A stretch of DNA of 61,815 nt, filler included, from Nitrospinota bacterium (lineage in GTDB: Bacteria > JAUXIQ01), in the NCBI GenBank assembly GCA_030620925.1. It is 10 parts of 10 records of this genome, joined end to end, with 100 filler letters (N's around TTAATTAATTAA, not from the genome) between each part and the next. Parts side by side here need not be neighbours in the genome. Positions count along the whole stretch, not along the records: positions 11,659 to 21,053 come from JAUXIQ010000049.1; positions 21,154 to 27,627 come from JAUXIQ010000120.1; positions 27,728 to 31,614 come from JAUXIQ010000272.1; 7 more parts are not named here. One strand, 5' to 3'. The notes below the pieces were generated by a model. That model had not been told where the DNA came from. It was given only the letters and a program-made list of their open reading frames with translations, and did not search any database. This document shows, in pieces, positions 18,590 through 27,806 of this stretch; position 1 is the first letter of the stretch, and every line of letters starts with the position of its first letter. Made by a program: the position numbers and the translations under genes.

Positions 18590-19696
18590 ATGGCAGCAGA
18601 AAAGATTACCCTCAGCATTATAAAGGCTGATGTAGGCGGATACGTGGGACACACCACCATGCACCCCGATTTGATGAATCGCGCTGAGGAATGCCTCCAG
18701 GAAGCTCTGGATAAGGGGATGTTGGTGGATTTCAAGGTCATGCACTGCGGAGACGACCTGGAGCTCATCATCACTCATAAGCGAGGGGAAGAGGACGAGG
18801 AAATCCATCAACTGGCCTGGGATACCTTCGTAAGCTGCACGGAAGTGGCCAAGACGCTCAAGCTCTACGGCGCCGGGCAGGACCTCCTTTCAGACGCCTT
18901 CAGCGGCAACATCAAGGGCCTGGGCCCGGGCTGCGCGGAAATCGAGATGGAAGAGCGCAAGAGCGAGCCGATAGTGGTGTTCATGGCCGACAAGACTTCG
19001 CCTGGAGCCTGGAACCTGCCACTCTTCCGCATGTTCGCCGATCCTTTCAATACCGCGGGGCTGGTCATCGACCCCAGCTGCCACGGCGGTTTCCGGTTCG
19101 AGGTCCTGGACGCGAAGCAGAACATGACCATCGAGCTCGATTGCCCGGGCGAAATGTACGAACTACTGGCTTTCCTGGGCGCGCACTCCAGGTTCATGGT
19201 CAACAGGGTCTATCGCCGCAGCGACGGCGAGGTGGCCGCGGCGGCTTCCGTCCAGAAGCTGAGCTACATCGCAGGTAAATACGTTGGTAAAGACGACCCG
19301 GTGATGATAGTCCGCTCGCAGGCCGGTTTTCCGGCGCTGGGGGAAGTCCTGGAGCCCTTCGCGTTTCCCCATATTGTTGAAGGCTGGATGCGCGGCTCAC
19401 ACCACGGCCCCCTGATGCCGGTGGGCTTCGAGGACGCGACACCTACCCGGTTCGACGGACCGCCCAGGGTGATCGCCGCCGGTTTCCAACTGGCTAACGG
19501 CAAGCTGGTAGGTCCCCTGGACATGTTCAAGGATATAAGCTTCGACCCCGCCCGACAAAAGGCCAACGAGATCGGGGAATATCTGCGCAGACACGGTCCT
19601 TTCGAGCCGCACAGGCTGCCTCTGGAACAGATGGAATATACCACCATGCCCGGCATCATGGATAAGCTTAAAGACCGCTTCGTACAGAACGCTTGA
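18590..19696 (+). CDS. fbp: Bifunctional fructose-1,6-bisphosphate aldolase/phosphatase (class V, archaeal type)
   Basis: KADVGGYVGH, GDDL, YGAGQDLL, YVGKDDP, GWMRGSHHGPLMPV, RFDGPPRV, MEYTT. Confidence 0.97.
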   Translation: MAAEKITLSIIKADVGGYVGHTTMHPDLMNRAEECLQEALDKGMLVDFKVMHCGDDLELIITHKRGEEDEEIHQLAWDTFVSCTEVAKTLKLYGAGQDLLSDAFSGNIKGLGPGCAEIEMEERKSEPIVVFMADKTSPGAWNLPLFRMFADPFNTAGLVIDPSCHGGFRFEVLDAKQNMTIELDCPGEMYELLAFLGAHSRFMVNRVYRRSDGEVAAAASVQKLSYIAGKYVGKDDPVMIVRSQAGFPALGEVLEPFAFPHIVEGWMRGSHHGPLMPVGFEDATPTRFDGPPRVIAAGFQLANGKLVGPLDMFKDISFDPARQKANEIGEYLRRHGPFEPHRLPLEQMEYTTMPGIMDKLKDRFVQNA

Positions 19697-19819
19697 GCAG
19701 AGGCGAGCCTATCCCGATGCTCGATTAAGAAGCAGGACTTTCAGTGCGTTGGACCAGCTCAACCAATCCAACCTGCCCCTCATGGGGATGGATCAAGACT
19801 CTTATTTCGCCTTCATTAG

Positions 19820-19860
19820 ATAACAGAAGCGGGCCGCAACTGGCCCGCTTCTGTTATTTT
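19820..19860. terminator. Terminator between convergent fbp and SOD genes, probably bidirectional
   Basis: Perfect 16-bp stem ATAACAGAAGCGGGCC / GGCCCGCTTCTGTTAT with a 6-nt loop. Confidence 0.85.
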
Positions 19861-19882
19861 ATAATCCGTTCTGTTTATACCG

Positions 19883-20473
19883 CTACTTCAGGCGCGCTTG
19901 CACTGCTTCCCAGTCTATATTGGCGCAGAAGTCTTCTATGTACTTGGCGCGCTGGGTGGGTTTGAGGTAGACGGTGAAGGCGTGTTCCCACACGTCCATT
20001 ACCAGGAGGGGATTGAAACCCACCGGGTTTCCGTCTTCGTGCAGGTTGATCCAGTGCACGCTCAGGTTGCCGCTCACGGTGTCCTGGAAGAGGATGGTCC
20101 AGCCCACGCCGCGCATGGCTGCGGTCTTGGTGAAATGATTCTGAAAGTTGTCCCAGCCGTCAAAGGCGTTTTCGATGGCTTTTTTTATGTTGGGGGCGGC
20201 ATCGGGGTTTCCGCCCTCTCCTGACAGGTTATCGAAGTAAAGCTCGTGGAGACGCATACCGTTGTATTCGAAGCCCAGTCTGCGTATCAGCTCGCTGTAT
20301 TCGGGGGTTCCGGCGTTTCCGCTCTTGACCATCTCCGCGATCTTCACGCGCAGGGTGTTGGTGTTCTTCACATAACCGGCGTAGAGCGTAAGGTGCTCGG
20401 CTATCTGATCTTCGGGGATATTTTTGAGGTCGGCCAAATCGAACTTTTTTTCTTGAAAGTGTTCTACGGGCAT
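19883..20473 (-). CDS. Fe/Mn superoxide dismutase family protein, divergent ChrC-like type
   Basis: EHLTLYAGYV, NGMRLHELYFDNL, GVGW, PLLVMDVWEHAF, IDW; ATG 20473 after RBS GGAGG. Confidence 0.88.
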   Translation of the reverse strand: MPVEHFQEKKFDLADLKNIPEDQIAEHLTLYAGYVKNTNTLRVKIAEMVKSGNAGTPEYSELIRRLGFEYNGMRLHELYFDNLSGEGGNPDAAPNIKKAIENAFDGWDNFQNHFTKTAAMRGVGWTILFQDTVSGNLSVHWINLHEDGNPVGFNPLLVMDVWEHAFTVYLKPTQRAKYIEDFCANIDWEAVQARLK

Positions 20474-20570
20474 GAGCATTCCTCCCTGCTTTAATTGACC
20501 TGATTTCAAAAAAAATTTCAACGGTTGATAATAACATATATATTCAGAGTCGTAATAAATCAACGCTCTG

Positions 20571-20629
20571 AAAAACAAAAGGCCGATCTCCGGATTTAAA
20601 ATATATCCGAAAACCGGCCTTTTGTTTTT
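20571..20629 (-). terminator. Probable intrinsic terminator after glnA
   Basis: Arms AAAAACAAAAGGCCG and CGGCCTTTTGTTTTT. Confidence 0.7.
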
Positions 20630-20649
20630 AAACGAAGCGGCGCTATTCT

Positions 20650-21053
20650 TTACAGGTCATAATAGAGCGCGAACTCGTAGGGGTGAGGCCGGGTGCGTAC
20701 CTGGTCCACCTCTACCGTCCGCTTGTAATCGAGCCAGGTGTCTATGACGTCCATGGTGAACACGTCGCCTTTGAGGAGAAACTCGTGGTCCTCTTCGAGG
20801 GCATTGAGCACTTCGGTGAGGCTGCCGGGGGTGGACTTAACGGCCAGGGCCTCCTGGGGTTCCAGGTCGTAGAGGTTTCGGTCTATGGGGTCGGGGGGGA
20901 GGATCTTGTTCTGTATTCCATCCAGTCCGGCCATAAGCAGAGCGGAGAAAGCCAGGTAGCCGTTGCACGAGGGATCGGGAGGACGGTATTCGATGCGCTT
21001 GGCCTTCTCGCTGCGGGAGTAGACGGGGATGCGCACGCAGGCGCTCCTGTTTC
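20650..21053 (-). CDS. glnA: Type I glutamine synthetase, C-terminal part (5'-truncated)
   Basis: [38 protein letters not shown] (adenylylation-site Tyr), [12 protein letters not shown]. Confidence 0.97.
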
Positions 21054-21153
21054 NNNNNNNNNNNNNNNNNNNNNNNNNNNNNNNNNNNNNNNNNNNNTTA
21101 ATTAATTAANNNNNNNNNNNNNNNNNNNNNNNNNNNNNNNNNNNNNNNNNNNN

Positions 21154-21217
21154 CCGAAGGCGACAGGATGCCGTCTGAGTAGTAGGAATGTATATGCAGA
21201 TCAACCTTGTCCGGCAC
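21154..21217 (-). CDS. PHP-domain protein, N-terminal fragment (not in the ORF track)
   Basis: Manual translation from GTG 21217: MPDKVDLHIHSYYSDGILSPS (DLHxHSxxSDG motif); overlaps the nagZ stop. Confidence 0.8.
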
Positions 21218-22307
21218 TATCCTCGATTCTCCTCACCAGTTCTCGATGTTCTGGGCAGCACACGGTGTCTATATCAAAAGTATAATCCAGCCTGGCGTAC
21301 TTTTCCTTGGTGGAAAGAATTCTGGCCACCGACGCATCTATTCTTTCTTCGCTCAAACGGCCGCTGCGCGCCGCCTCCATCAGCGCCGCGTGGGCCTCCC
21401 CCTGAAACCGTTTCTCCTTGCATACCAGGACCATGTCCGCTCCCGCTGAAATCGCCCCTACAGCCGCCTGCTCCATGGAATAGTTACCGGTCACGGCTTT
21501 CATCTCCAGGTCGTCGGTTACGATCAGTCCCCGATAACCCAGGCGTTCCCTGAGCATACCGGTGATGATCTTCGGAGAGATGGTTGCGGGAGCGTGCCGG
21601 TCCAACTCATTGTAGATCACGTGTGCGGTCATTACCGCCCCCACCCCCTCTTCTATCGCCGCCCGGAAGGGCAGCACCTCCCTCGCCCAGAGACCGTCCT
21701 CGCTCCTCTCCATGGTGCCCAACCGGTCATGGGAATCGAAAGAAGTATCCCCGTGACCGGGGAAATGCTTGGCCGTGGCCATCATACCCGTTTCCTGCAT
21801 TCCCCGGATAAGCGCCCTCCCCAGCTCCGAGACCGGTTCCACGCTGTCACCCAGCGACCGGTCGCCGATAACGGTATTTTCGGGGTTGGTGAGAATATCC
21901 AGGACGGGGGCCAAATTCATGTTCACACCCACCGCCAGCAGCTCTCCGGCCATGGCCCTGCCTAACTCGGCGGCCGTCTCCGCAGAACCCGCGGCGCCCA
22001 GTAACCCTGCGCTGGGGAACCTGGTAAGCGGGGGCGACAGCCGGTTCACGCGGCCGCCCTCCTGGTCGGTGGCCATGAGCAGGGGCAAGCCGGAAGCGCC
22101 GTCCAGGGCCGCCTTCTGTAGACCCTCGGTGAGACGGCGAATCTCAGGGGCTGAGAGAGAATCGTCCCCGAACAGAATGACGCCGCCCAGGGCGCCATCC
22201 CTGAGCATACCCATGATGTGCGCCGGAGGAGCGGCGCCTCTGAAGCCGGCCATTATCAACTGCCCCACCTTTATCTCCAGGGGCAGCTCTTCGGTGTTAG
22301 TCTTCAT
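21201..22307 (-). CDS. nagZ: Beta-N-acetylhexosaminidase (GH3)
   Basis: DQEGGRVNR, NMNLAPVLD, KHFPGHGDTSFDSH, VTDDLEM. Confidence 0.93.
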   Translation of the reverse strand: MKTNTEELPLEIKVGQLIMAGFRGAAPPAHIMGMLRDGALGGVILFGDDSLSAPEIRRLTEGLQKAALDGASGLPLLMATDQEGGRVNRLSPPLTRFPSAGLLGAAGSAETAAELGRAMAGELLAVGVNMNLAPVLDILTNPENTVIGDRSLGDSVEPVSELGRALIRGMQETGMMATAKHFPGHGDTSFDSHDRLGTMERSEDGLWAREVLPFRAAIEEGVGAVMTAHVIYNELDRHAPATISPKIITGMLRERLGYRGLIVTDDLEMKAVTGNYSMEQAAVGAISAGADMVLVCKEKRFQGEAHAALMEAARSGRLSEERIDASVARILSTKEKYARLDYTFDIDTVCCPEHRELVRRIEDSAGQG

Positions 22308-24550
22308 CAGGTGTCAGCTTTTTCTCTCAGCGCTTCGAGGATTTTTTCAGGAGTGATGGGCAGGTCCGTTATCCGGACCCCCACGGCGTCGTAGACAGCG
22401 TTGGCGATGGCCGCGGCGGGGGGATTTATGGGCGTCTCCCCCACCCCTTTGGCTCCGTACGGACCTTCCTCGGAGTTCTGTTCAACGATGGATGTCTCTA
22501 TCGAAGGGAAATCGACGGCGGTGGGAATCTTATAGTCCTTGAACGAAGGGTTCTCCACGTTCCCGTTATTCAGCCGCACATCCTCCATGAGGGCGGCGCC
22601 CAGTCCCTGGACCATGCCCCCCTGCAACTGACCCTCCACACTGTCCGGGTTCAGTGCGAAACCCACGTCGTGGCTGGCTACCAGCTTATGGATGACGACC
22701 TGTCCCGTCTGGGTATCCACCTCTACTTCGGCCCCCTGGGAGCACATCATGAACGCGGGTGCCGGCGCCGGGAGGGAGCCTTTACCCACAATCAGCGTGC
22801 CCCGGAAGCGCTGCGCGGTACGCGTAATACTACCCAGGGACAGCCGTTTGTCCTCCTCACCCTTCACCCAGACCTGCCCGTTTTCCATACGCAGCTTCTC
22901 CTGCTCCACACCGAGCCTCTCAGCCGCCACTTCCATGATCTGACGTCTGGTGTCTTGCGCCGCCAGCATGGCCGCCTTGCCCATGTTGTAGGCTATCATG
23001 CTGCCGCCGGTGAGGGGTGCGTTGAGGGCGGTGTCCGTGTCTCCGGTCACCACCTGGATGCTGCTCATGGGCAGGTTCAGCTCTTCGGCCACCGCCTGGG
23101 CGATGACGGTGTTGCTGCCGGTGGCGTCCACCGAGCCGGTGACCACGGAGGCGGTGCCGTCATCGTTGATCTTGACCGTGAGACCTGCAGCGGCGCCGCC
23201 GTTGCTCCACTGGGCGCTGGCCAGGCCCCGGCCCCTGTTAGGCCCTTCCTTGGGTTCACCCCAGCCGATACCTTCCGCCGCCCGGTGCAGGGTGTCCCGC
23301 AGGGCGCCCCTCTCGATCCGCTTGCCGATGTATGAAATATCCCCTTCTTTCAGCCCGTTTTTAAGGCGAATTTCCAGCGGGTCGATGCCCAGAGCCTCTG
23401 CTATGGCGTCCATATGCGACTCGATGGCGAAAGTAACCTGCGGCCCGCCCGGGGCCCGGTAGGAACCACCGCTGGGCTTGTTGGTATAGACGCAGAAGCC
23501 CTCCATCCTGGCGTTGGCGATGGCGTAGGGGCCTCTCCCGCCCACCGCCGCGGCGTATGCCGCGCCGGGGCCGAAATCGGCGTAGGCTCCGCTGTCAAGA
23601 ATTATTACCACTTCCCGCGCGGTTATAGTGCCGTCCTTCTTCACCCCCGTCTTTATGCGCATCAGGCCGGGGTGTCTCGGCCGGGCGGCTATCTGTTCAT
23701 CCCGCCTGGACATCACCATCTGCACCGGCCGCCCCGTCATCCTGGACAGGACCACGCAGGCGGGCTCCAGCAGGGGAGCGATCTTCCCTCCGAAAGCGCC
23801 CCCTATCTCGGTGGGTATCACTTTTATCCGAGACATGGGCAGCTCGAAAAGTCCGGCGAGATCGGCCCGCAGCTCGAACTGGCCCTGGGTGGTGGACCAC
23901 ACGGTGATCTGCCCTGAAGGCTCGACCATGGCCGTGGCGGCGTGCGGCTCGATATAACCCTGGTGCACCATGGGGGTGGTGTATTCGTCTTCGAAGATCA
24001 TGTCCGCTTCGCTGAACCCCTTCTCAGGATCGCCCATGGAGAACTCGGAGTGGCCGCAGATGTTGCCCGCACGGTCTGATATGGTGCGGAAGCGGCCTTT
24101 GCCGTAAGACTCCCAATCCTTGTGAATCACCTTCGCATTGGGTTTCATGGCCTCCCGGGGGTCGAACAGAGAAGGCAGGTCTTTATACTCGACCTTTATC
24201 AGGGAGACGGCTTCTTCCGCCGTGTCCAGGCTGTCGGCGGCCACCGCCGCCACACGGTCCCCCACGAAGAGCACCTTGTCCAGGGCCATTACCGGCTCGT
24301 CCTGGACGATGGTCCCGAAACGCCTCCGGGGAACGTCCTTGCCGGTTATGACCGCGCGCACCCCGGGCAGCCTTTCTGCCCTGGCGGTATCTATGTTCAG
24401 GATGCGGGCGTGGGGCCTGGTGCTGTAAAGCATCCTGCCCTGCAGCATGCCGGGCAGCTTGATATCCGCGCCGAACAGGCATTTACCGGCGACCTTGTCC
24501 CGTGCGTCCACCCGGGGGACGCTTTTGCCCACTACCCTGTACTCGCTCAT
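22307..24550 (-). CDS. Xanthine dehydrogenase-family molybdopterin-binding large subunit
   Basis: VGKSVPRVDA, PHARI, IGGAFGGK, GQLQGGMVQGLG, GPYGAKGVGE, AIANAVYDAVGVRI. Confidence 0.93.
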   Translation of the reverse strand: MSEYRVVGKSVPRVDARDKVAGKCLFGADIKLPGMLQGRMLYSTRPHARILNIDTARAERLPGVRAVITGKDVPRRRFGTIVQDEPVMALDKVLFVGDRVAAVAADSLDTAEEAVSLIKVEYKDLPSLFDPREAMKPNAKVIHKDWESYGKGRFRTISDRAGNICGHSEFSMGDPEKGFSEADMIFEDEYTTPMVHQGYIEPHAATAMVEPSGQITVWSTTQGQFELRADLAGLFELPMSRIKVIPTEIGGAFGGKIAPLLEPACVVLSRMTGRPVQMVMSRRDEQIAARPRHPGLMRIKTGVKKDGTITAREVVIILDSGAYADFGPGAAYAAAVGGRGPYAIANARMEGFCVYTNKPSGGSYRAPGGPQVTFAIESHMDAIAEALGIDPLEIRLKNGLKEGDISYIGKRIERGALRDTLHRAAEGIGWGEPKEGPNRGRGLASAQWSNGGAAAGLTVKINDDGTASVVTGSVDATGSNTVIAQAVAEELNLPMSSIQVVTGDTDTALNAPLTGGSMIAYNMGKAAMLAAQDTRRQIMEVAAERLGVEQEKLRMENGQVWVKGEEDKRLSLGSITRTAQRFRGTLIVGKGSLPAPAPAFMMCSQGAEVEVDTQTGQVVIHKLVASHDVGFALNPDSVEGQLQGGMVQGLGAALMEDVRLNNGNVENPSFKDYKIPTAVDFPSIETSIVEQNSEEGPYGAKGVGETPINPPAAAIANAVYDAVGVRITDLPITPEKILEALREKADT

Positions 24551-25698
24551 TTTCGAGCCTCCCTCTGTATTTCGTTATTAATGACGATGCGCTGTATTTC
24601 GGACGAGCCCTCGTAAATGGTCAGCGCCCGCACCGCACGATAGAGCCTCTCGGTCACCGAGCCGCGCACCAAGCCGTTGCCCCCGTGTATCTGGAGGGCC
24701 ATGTCCACCACACGCTTGGCCATCTCGGTGCCGTACAGTTTGGCCATGGAAGCGTCTTTGGCCACGCGCTCAACGCCGCTGTCCCTGAGCCAGGCGGCAT
24801 GATGGACCAGCAGCCGGGCCGCCTTTATCTGTGTCGCCATATCCGCCAGCATGTTGCCTATGCTCTGGTGGTTGATGATCGACTGCCCGAAGGTAACCCG
24901 CTCCTGAGCATAGCTGAAGGCGGCGTCAAACGCGGCCTGGGCGATGCCCACCCCCTGCGCGCCGACCGTGGTGCGGTAAATGTTCAGGTTGTACATGGAG
25001 ATTTTGAAACCTTCCCCCTCCTCCCCCAGGAGGTTCTGGCGGGGAATGCGGCAGTTCTCGTAGACCAGTTCCCCGATGGCATGGGGGGCCATTAGCTCAA
25101 GACGCTCGCCGAACTGAAAACCGGGAGTCTCTTTCTCCAGGATGAAGGCGGAGAGGCCCCTGTGCCCCGCCTCAGGGTCGGTCTTGGCGAAGGTAACGTA
25201 GGTGTGGGCATGGGGGGCGTTGGAGATGAAACGCTTCTTGCCGTTCAAAAGATAGAAGTCTCCCTCCAGCACGGCGGTGGTCTTCGCTCCCGCAACGTCT
25301 GAGCCGCTGTCCGGCTCGGTCAGCCCCAGGGCGGCGATCTCCTCACCGTTGGCGATGGGAGGCAGATACCTGGATTTCTGTTCGTGGTTACCGTAGCCCA
25401 CGATGGGATAGCTCCCCAGACCCTGCATGACGAAGGCGTCGGCGGTAACCGTGCAGCCCCGGGCCAGCTCTTCCCTGGCCAGGCAAATGGGGAGGGCCAG
25501 GATCTGTGGATACTGGCCCCCGTACTCTTCAGGCACCAGAAGTTTCAGCAGCCCGTTTTCCGCCAGAAGCGCCAGCATGTCGAAGGGGTAGTCCCCCCTC
25601 TCCTCGATCTCGTTGGCCATGGGCGCTATTTTCTCCTGCACCAACTTCCTCACCCGGAGTTGGAGTTCGCTCTGTTCCTCGGTAAGTTTAAAATCCAT
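24547..25698 (-). CDS. Acyl-CoA dehydrogenase
   Basis: [40 protein letters not shown]. Confidence 0.95.
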   Translation of the reverse strand: MDFKLTEEQSELQLRVRKLVQEKIAPMANEIEERGDYPFDMLALLAENGLLKLLVPEEYGGQYPQILALPICLAREELARGCTVTADAFVMQGLGSYPIVGYGNHEQKSRYLPPIANGEEIAALGLTEPDSGSDVAGAKTTAVLEGDFYLLNGKKRFISNAPHAHTYVTFAKTDPEAGHRGLSAFILEKETPGFQFGERLELMAPHAIGELVYENCRIPRQNLLGEEGEGFKISMYNLNIYRTTVGAQGVGIAQAAFDAAFSYAQERVTFGQSIINHQSIGNMLADMATQIKAARLLVHHAAWLRDSGVERVAKDASMAKLYGTEMAKRVVDMALQIHGGNGLVRGSVTERLYRAVRALTIYEGSSEIQRIVINNEIQREARK

Positions 25699-25921
25699 GA
25701 TGCTCCTCCGTCTTATGATTATGGCCGTGGATTAACGCCGGAAACGTTGCTCTCGAAAACGGCAGTCTATATATAACACAAAACGGCCCGGCCCTCACGG
25801 TTAAAACAAATTTGTCGATTGCCATATTCATGTTGAAACAACCGCCCCCGTTGTGTTAATTCTTTATCATTAACCGGTTCACAAGTTCGAGCCAAACATA
25901 ACATATCAGGGGGGAGATACG

Positions 25922-27097
25922 ATGGAAAGGGCCAGCGTAGTCATCATCGGGGGCGGCGTCTACGGAACCAGCATAGCCTACCATCTGGCTGCGATGGGCT
26001 GCGGTGAGGTGGTCCTTCTGGAAAAGGACTCCCTGGCCTGCGGCTCGTCGGGCAAGTCCTGCGCCCTCGTCAGGCAGCACTACTCCAACGAGATAACCGC
26101 CAGGGCGGCCATGGAGAGCAGGAAATTTTTCGAGGTTTTCGAAGAAGAGGTGGGCGGCTTCCCCGAATACAAGAACAACGGAATGATCTTTCTGGCGCAT
26201 CCCCCGGAAGCCGAGGCTCTGGAGAAGAACGTAAAGCTGCAGCAGGAGGTGGGCATCGAAGTGGAGGTCATCAATCCCGGCGAGGTGGAAAAATATCTGC
26301 AGGGGATAGACGTCTCCGACATTGCCCTGGCCTGTTTCGAGAGCAGCGCCGGCTACGCCGACCCTCACGGGGTGGTCACCGCCTTCGGAGCCAGGGCCAA
26401 GCAGCTGGGCGCGAAAATATGCCAGGGACGGGCGGCCACCGGCATCGAAATCAGCGGCGGGGCGGTCAAAGCCGTGCACACCGCCGAGGGGACAATCGAA
26501 ACCGAGGTGGTGGTGAACGCCGCCGGGCCCTGGGGAGAAAAGATAGCGGCCATGGCGGGGCTGGACATCCCTCTCAAACCTACGCGAATACAGGAAGCCA
26601 TAATCCGGCCGTTGGAAACCTACGACAAGTTAACGCCCACTCTGATAGACCCCGGCGAAGCGCTCTATTTCAGGCCGGAGACGGGCGGATTGGTGATGGC
26701 CGGCGGCGGCACGTCGGAAGAGGACAAGGAGTTCGACCCCGACGATTACAACGAAAACGCCGACTCCGATTTCGTGGAGGACATCTCTCAACGGCTGAGT
26801 CACCGCTCCCCGCGGCTCGAACGGGCGGGTTTCATGAGAGGATGGGCGGGCCTCATCACCCTCACGCCCGACTATCACCCCATCCTTGGGGAAGCGCCTG
26901 AGGTTAAAGGACTGATATGGTGCAACGGCTTCAGCGGCCACGGGTTCAAGCTCTCCCCCGTTATAGGGAAAGCGATCGCAGAGCTGATTTTCAAGGGGAA
27001 GGCCGAAGCCATGGACCTGGAACCTTTCCACATCAACCGTTACGCAGAGGGACGCACATTCGCATCGACCTACGAAAATTTTCCTATTCTGGCTTGA
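25922..27097 (+). CDS. FAD-dependent oxidoreductase, D-amino acid oxidase/sarcosine oxidase beta family
   Basis: VVIIGGGVYGTSIAYHLA, VVNAAGPW, YFRPE, TPDYHPILG, GFSGHGFKLSP. Confidence 0.92.
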   Translation: MERASVVIIGGGVYGTSIAYHLAAMGCGEVVLLEKDSLACGSSGKSCALVRQHYSNEITARAAMESRKFFEVFEEEVGGFPEYKNNGMIFLAHPPEAEALEKNVKLQQEVGIEVEVINPGEVEKYLQGIDVSDIALACFESSAGYADPHGVVTAFGARAKQLGAKICQGRAATGIEISGGAVKAVHTAEGTIETEVVVNAAGPWGEKIAAMAGLDIPLKPTRIQEAIIRPLETYDKLTPTLIDPGEALYFRPETGGLVMAGGGTSEEDKEFDPDDYNENADSDFVEDISQRLSHRSPRLERAGFMRGWAGLITLTPDYHPILGEAPEVKGLIWCNGFSGHGFKLSPVIGKAIAELIFKGKAEAMDLEPFHINRYAEGRTFASTYENFPILA

Positions 27098-27170
27098 CAG
27101 TGAAAACCATCGCCGCGAGGCATCATTTCCTCGCATTTACTTAACGCTTAGAATGATGAGGACGAAATAG

Positions 27171-27627
27171 ATGGCGACTGAAACCATGACCGGCGTGTGC
27201 GGCATCTGCCCCGGAGGATGCGGGGTGGATATTACTTTAGAGGACGGCAAGATAACCGGGGTCAAACCCACCAAGGGGCACCCGATGGGAATAGTCTGCC
27301 CCAGGGGGGCCAGGTCTCACGAGGTGGTCTATTCCCCCGACCGGCTGAAATACCCCCTCAAGCGTAAAGGAGAAAAGGGGAGCGGAGATTTTGAAAGGGT
27401 GAGCTGGGATGAGGCGTTGGACACTATCGCCGACAACCTGAAGCGCATCGCAGATACACACGGCGCCCGCTCCATCATGCACTACATCGGCAGGGGGAAT
27501 TTCGAGCAGTCGCTGCAGGATATGCTGGCTCCGGAGGGCACCCGCGGCCCCGGCGCAAGCAACCTCCTGTTCCCGCTGGGATCGCCCAATTCAGCGGGCT
27601 GCGGCTCCATCTGTTTCGTCTCCTACG
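27171..27627 (+). CDS. Mo/W-bisPGD (DMSO reductase family) oxidoreductase with N-terminal 4Fe-4S domain, 3'-truncated
   Basis: CGICPGGCG...CPRG, PDRLKYPLKR, RVSWDEALD. Confidence 0.9.
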
Positions 27628-27806
27628 NNNNNNNNNNNNNNNNNNNNNNNNNNNNNNNNNNNNNNNNNNNNTTAATTAATTAANNNNNNNNNNNNNNNNN
27701 NNNNNNNNNNNNNNNNNNNNNNNNNNNCATTTTAAGAAAAAATGGCGTAAAACTCAGGGAACTGAGACGGCTTTAAGATTCTCCCTTACCACTAAAGGTG
27801 CTTGTT

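Noticed and set aside
19700..19823. Spacer after fbp with a frame (LDQLNQSNLPLMGMDQ) faintly like the Fbp C-terminus, or a possible ncRNA
   Set aside because: The similarity is too short and weak to separate from chance, and no known RNA motif is recognisable.
20525..20545. Fur/PerR box upstream of the SOD gene
   Set aside because: Only a partial match (GATAAT half-site) in AT-rich DNA.
27728..27776. Short 3' gene remnant (ILRKNGVKLRELRRL*) at the contig start
   Set aside because: Too short to assign.
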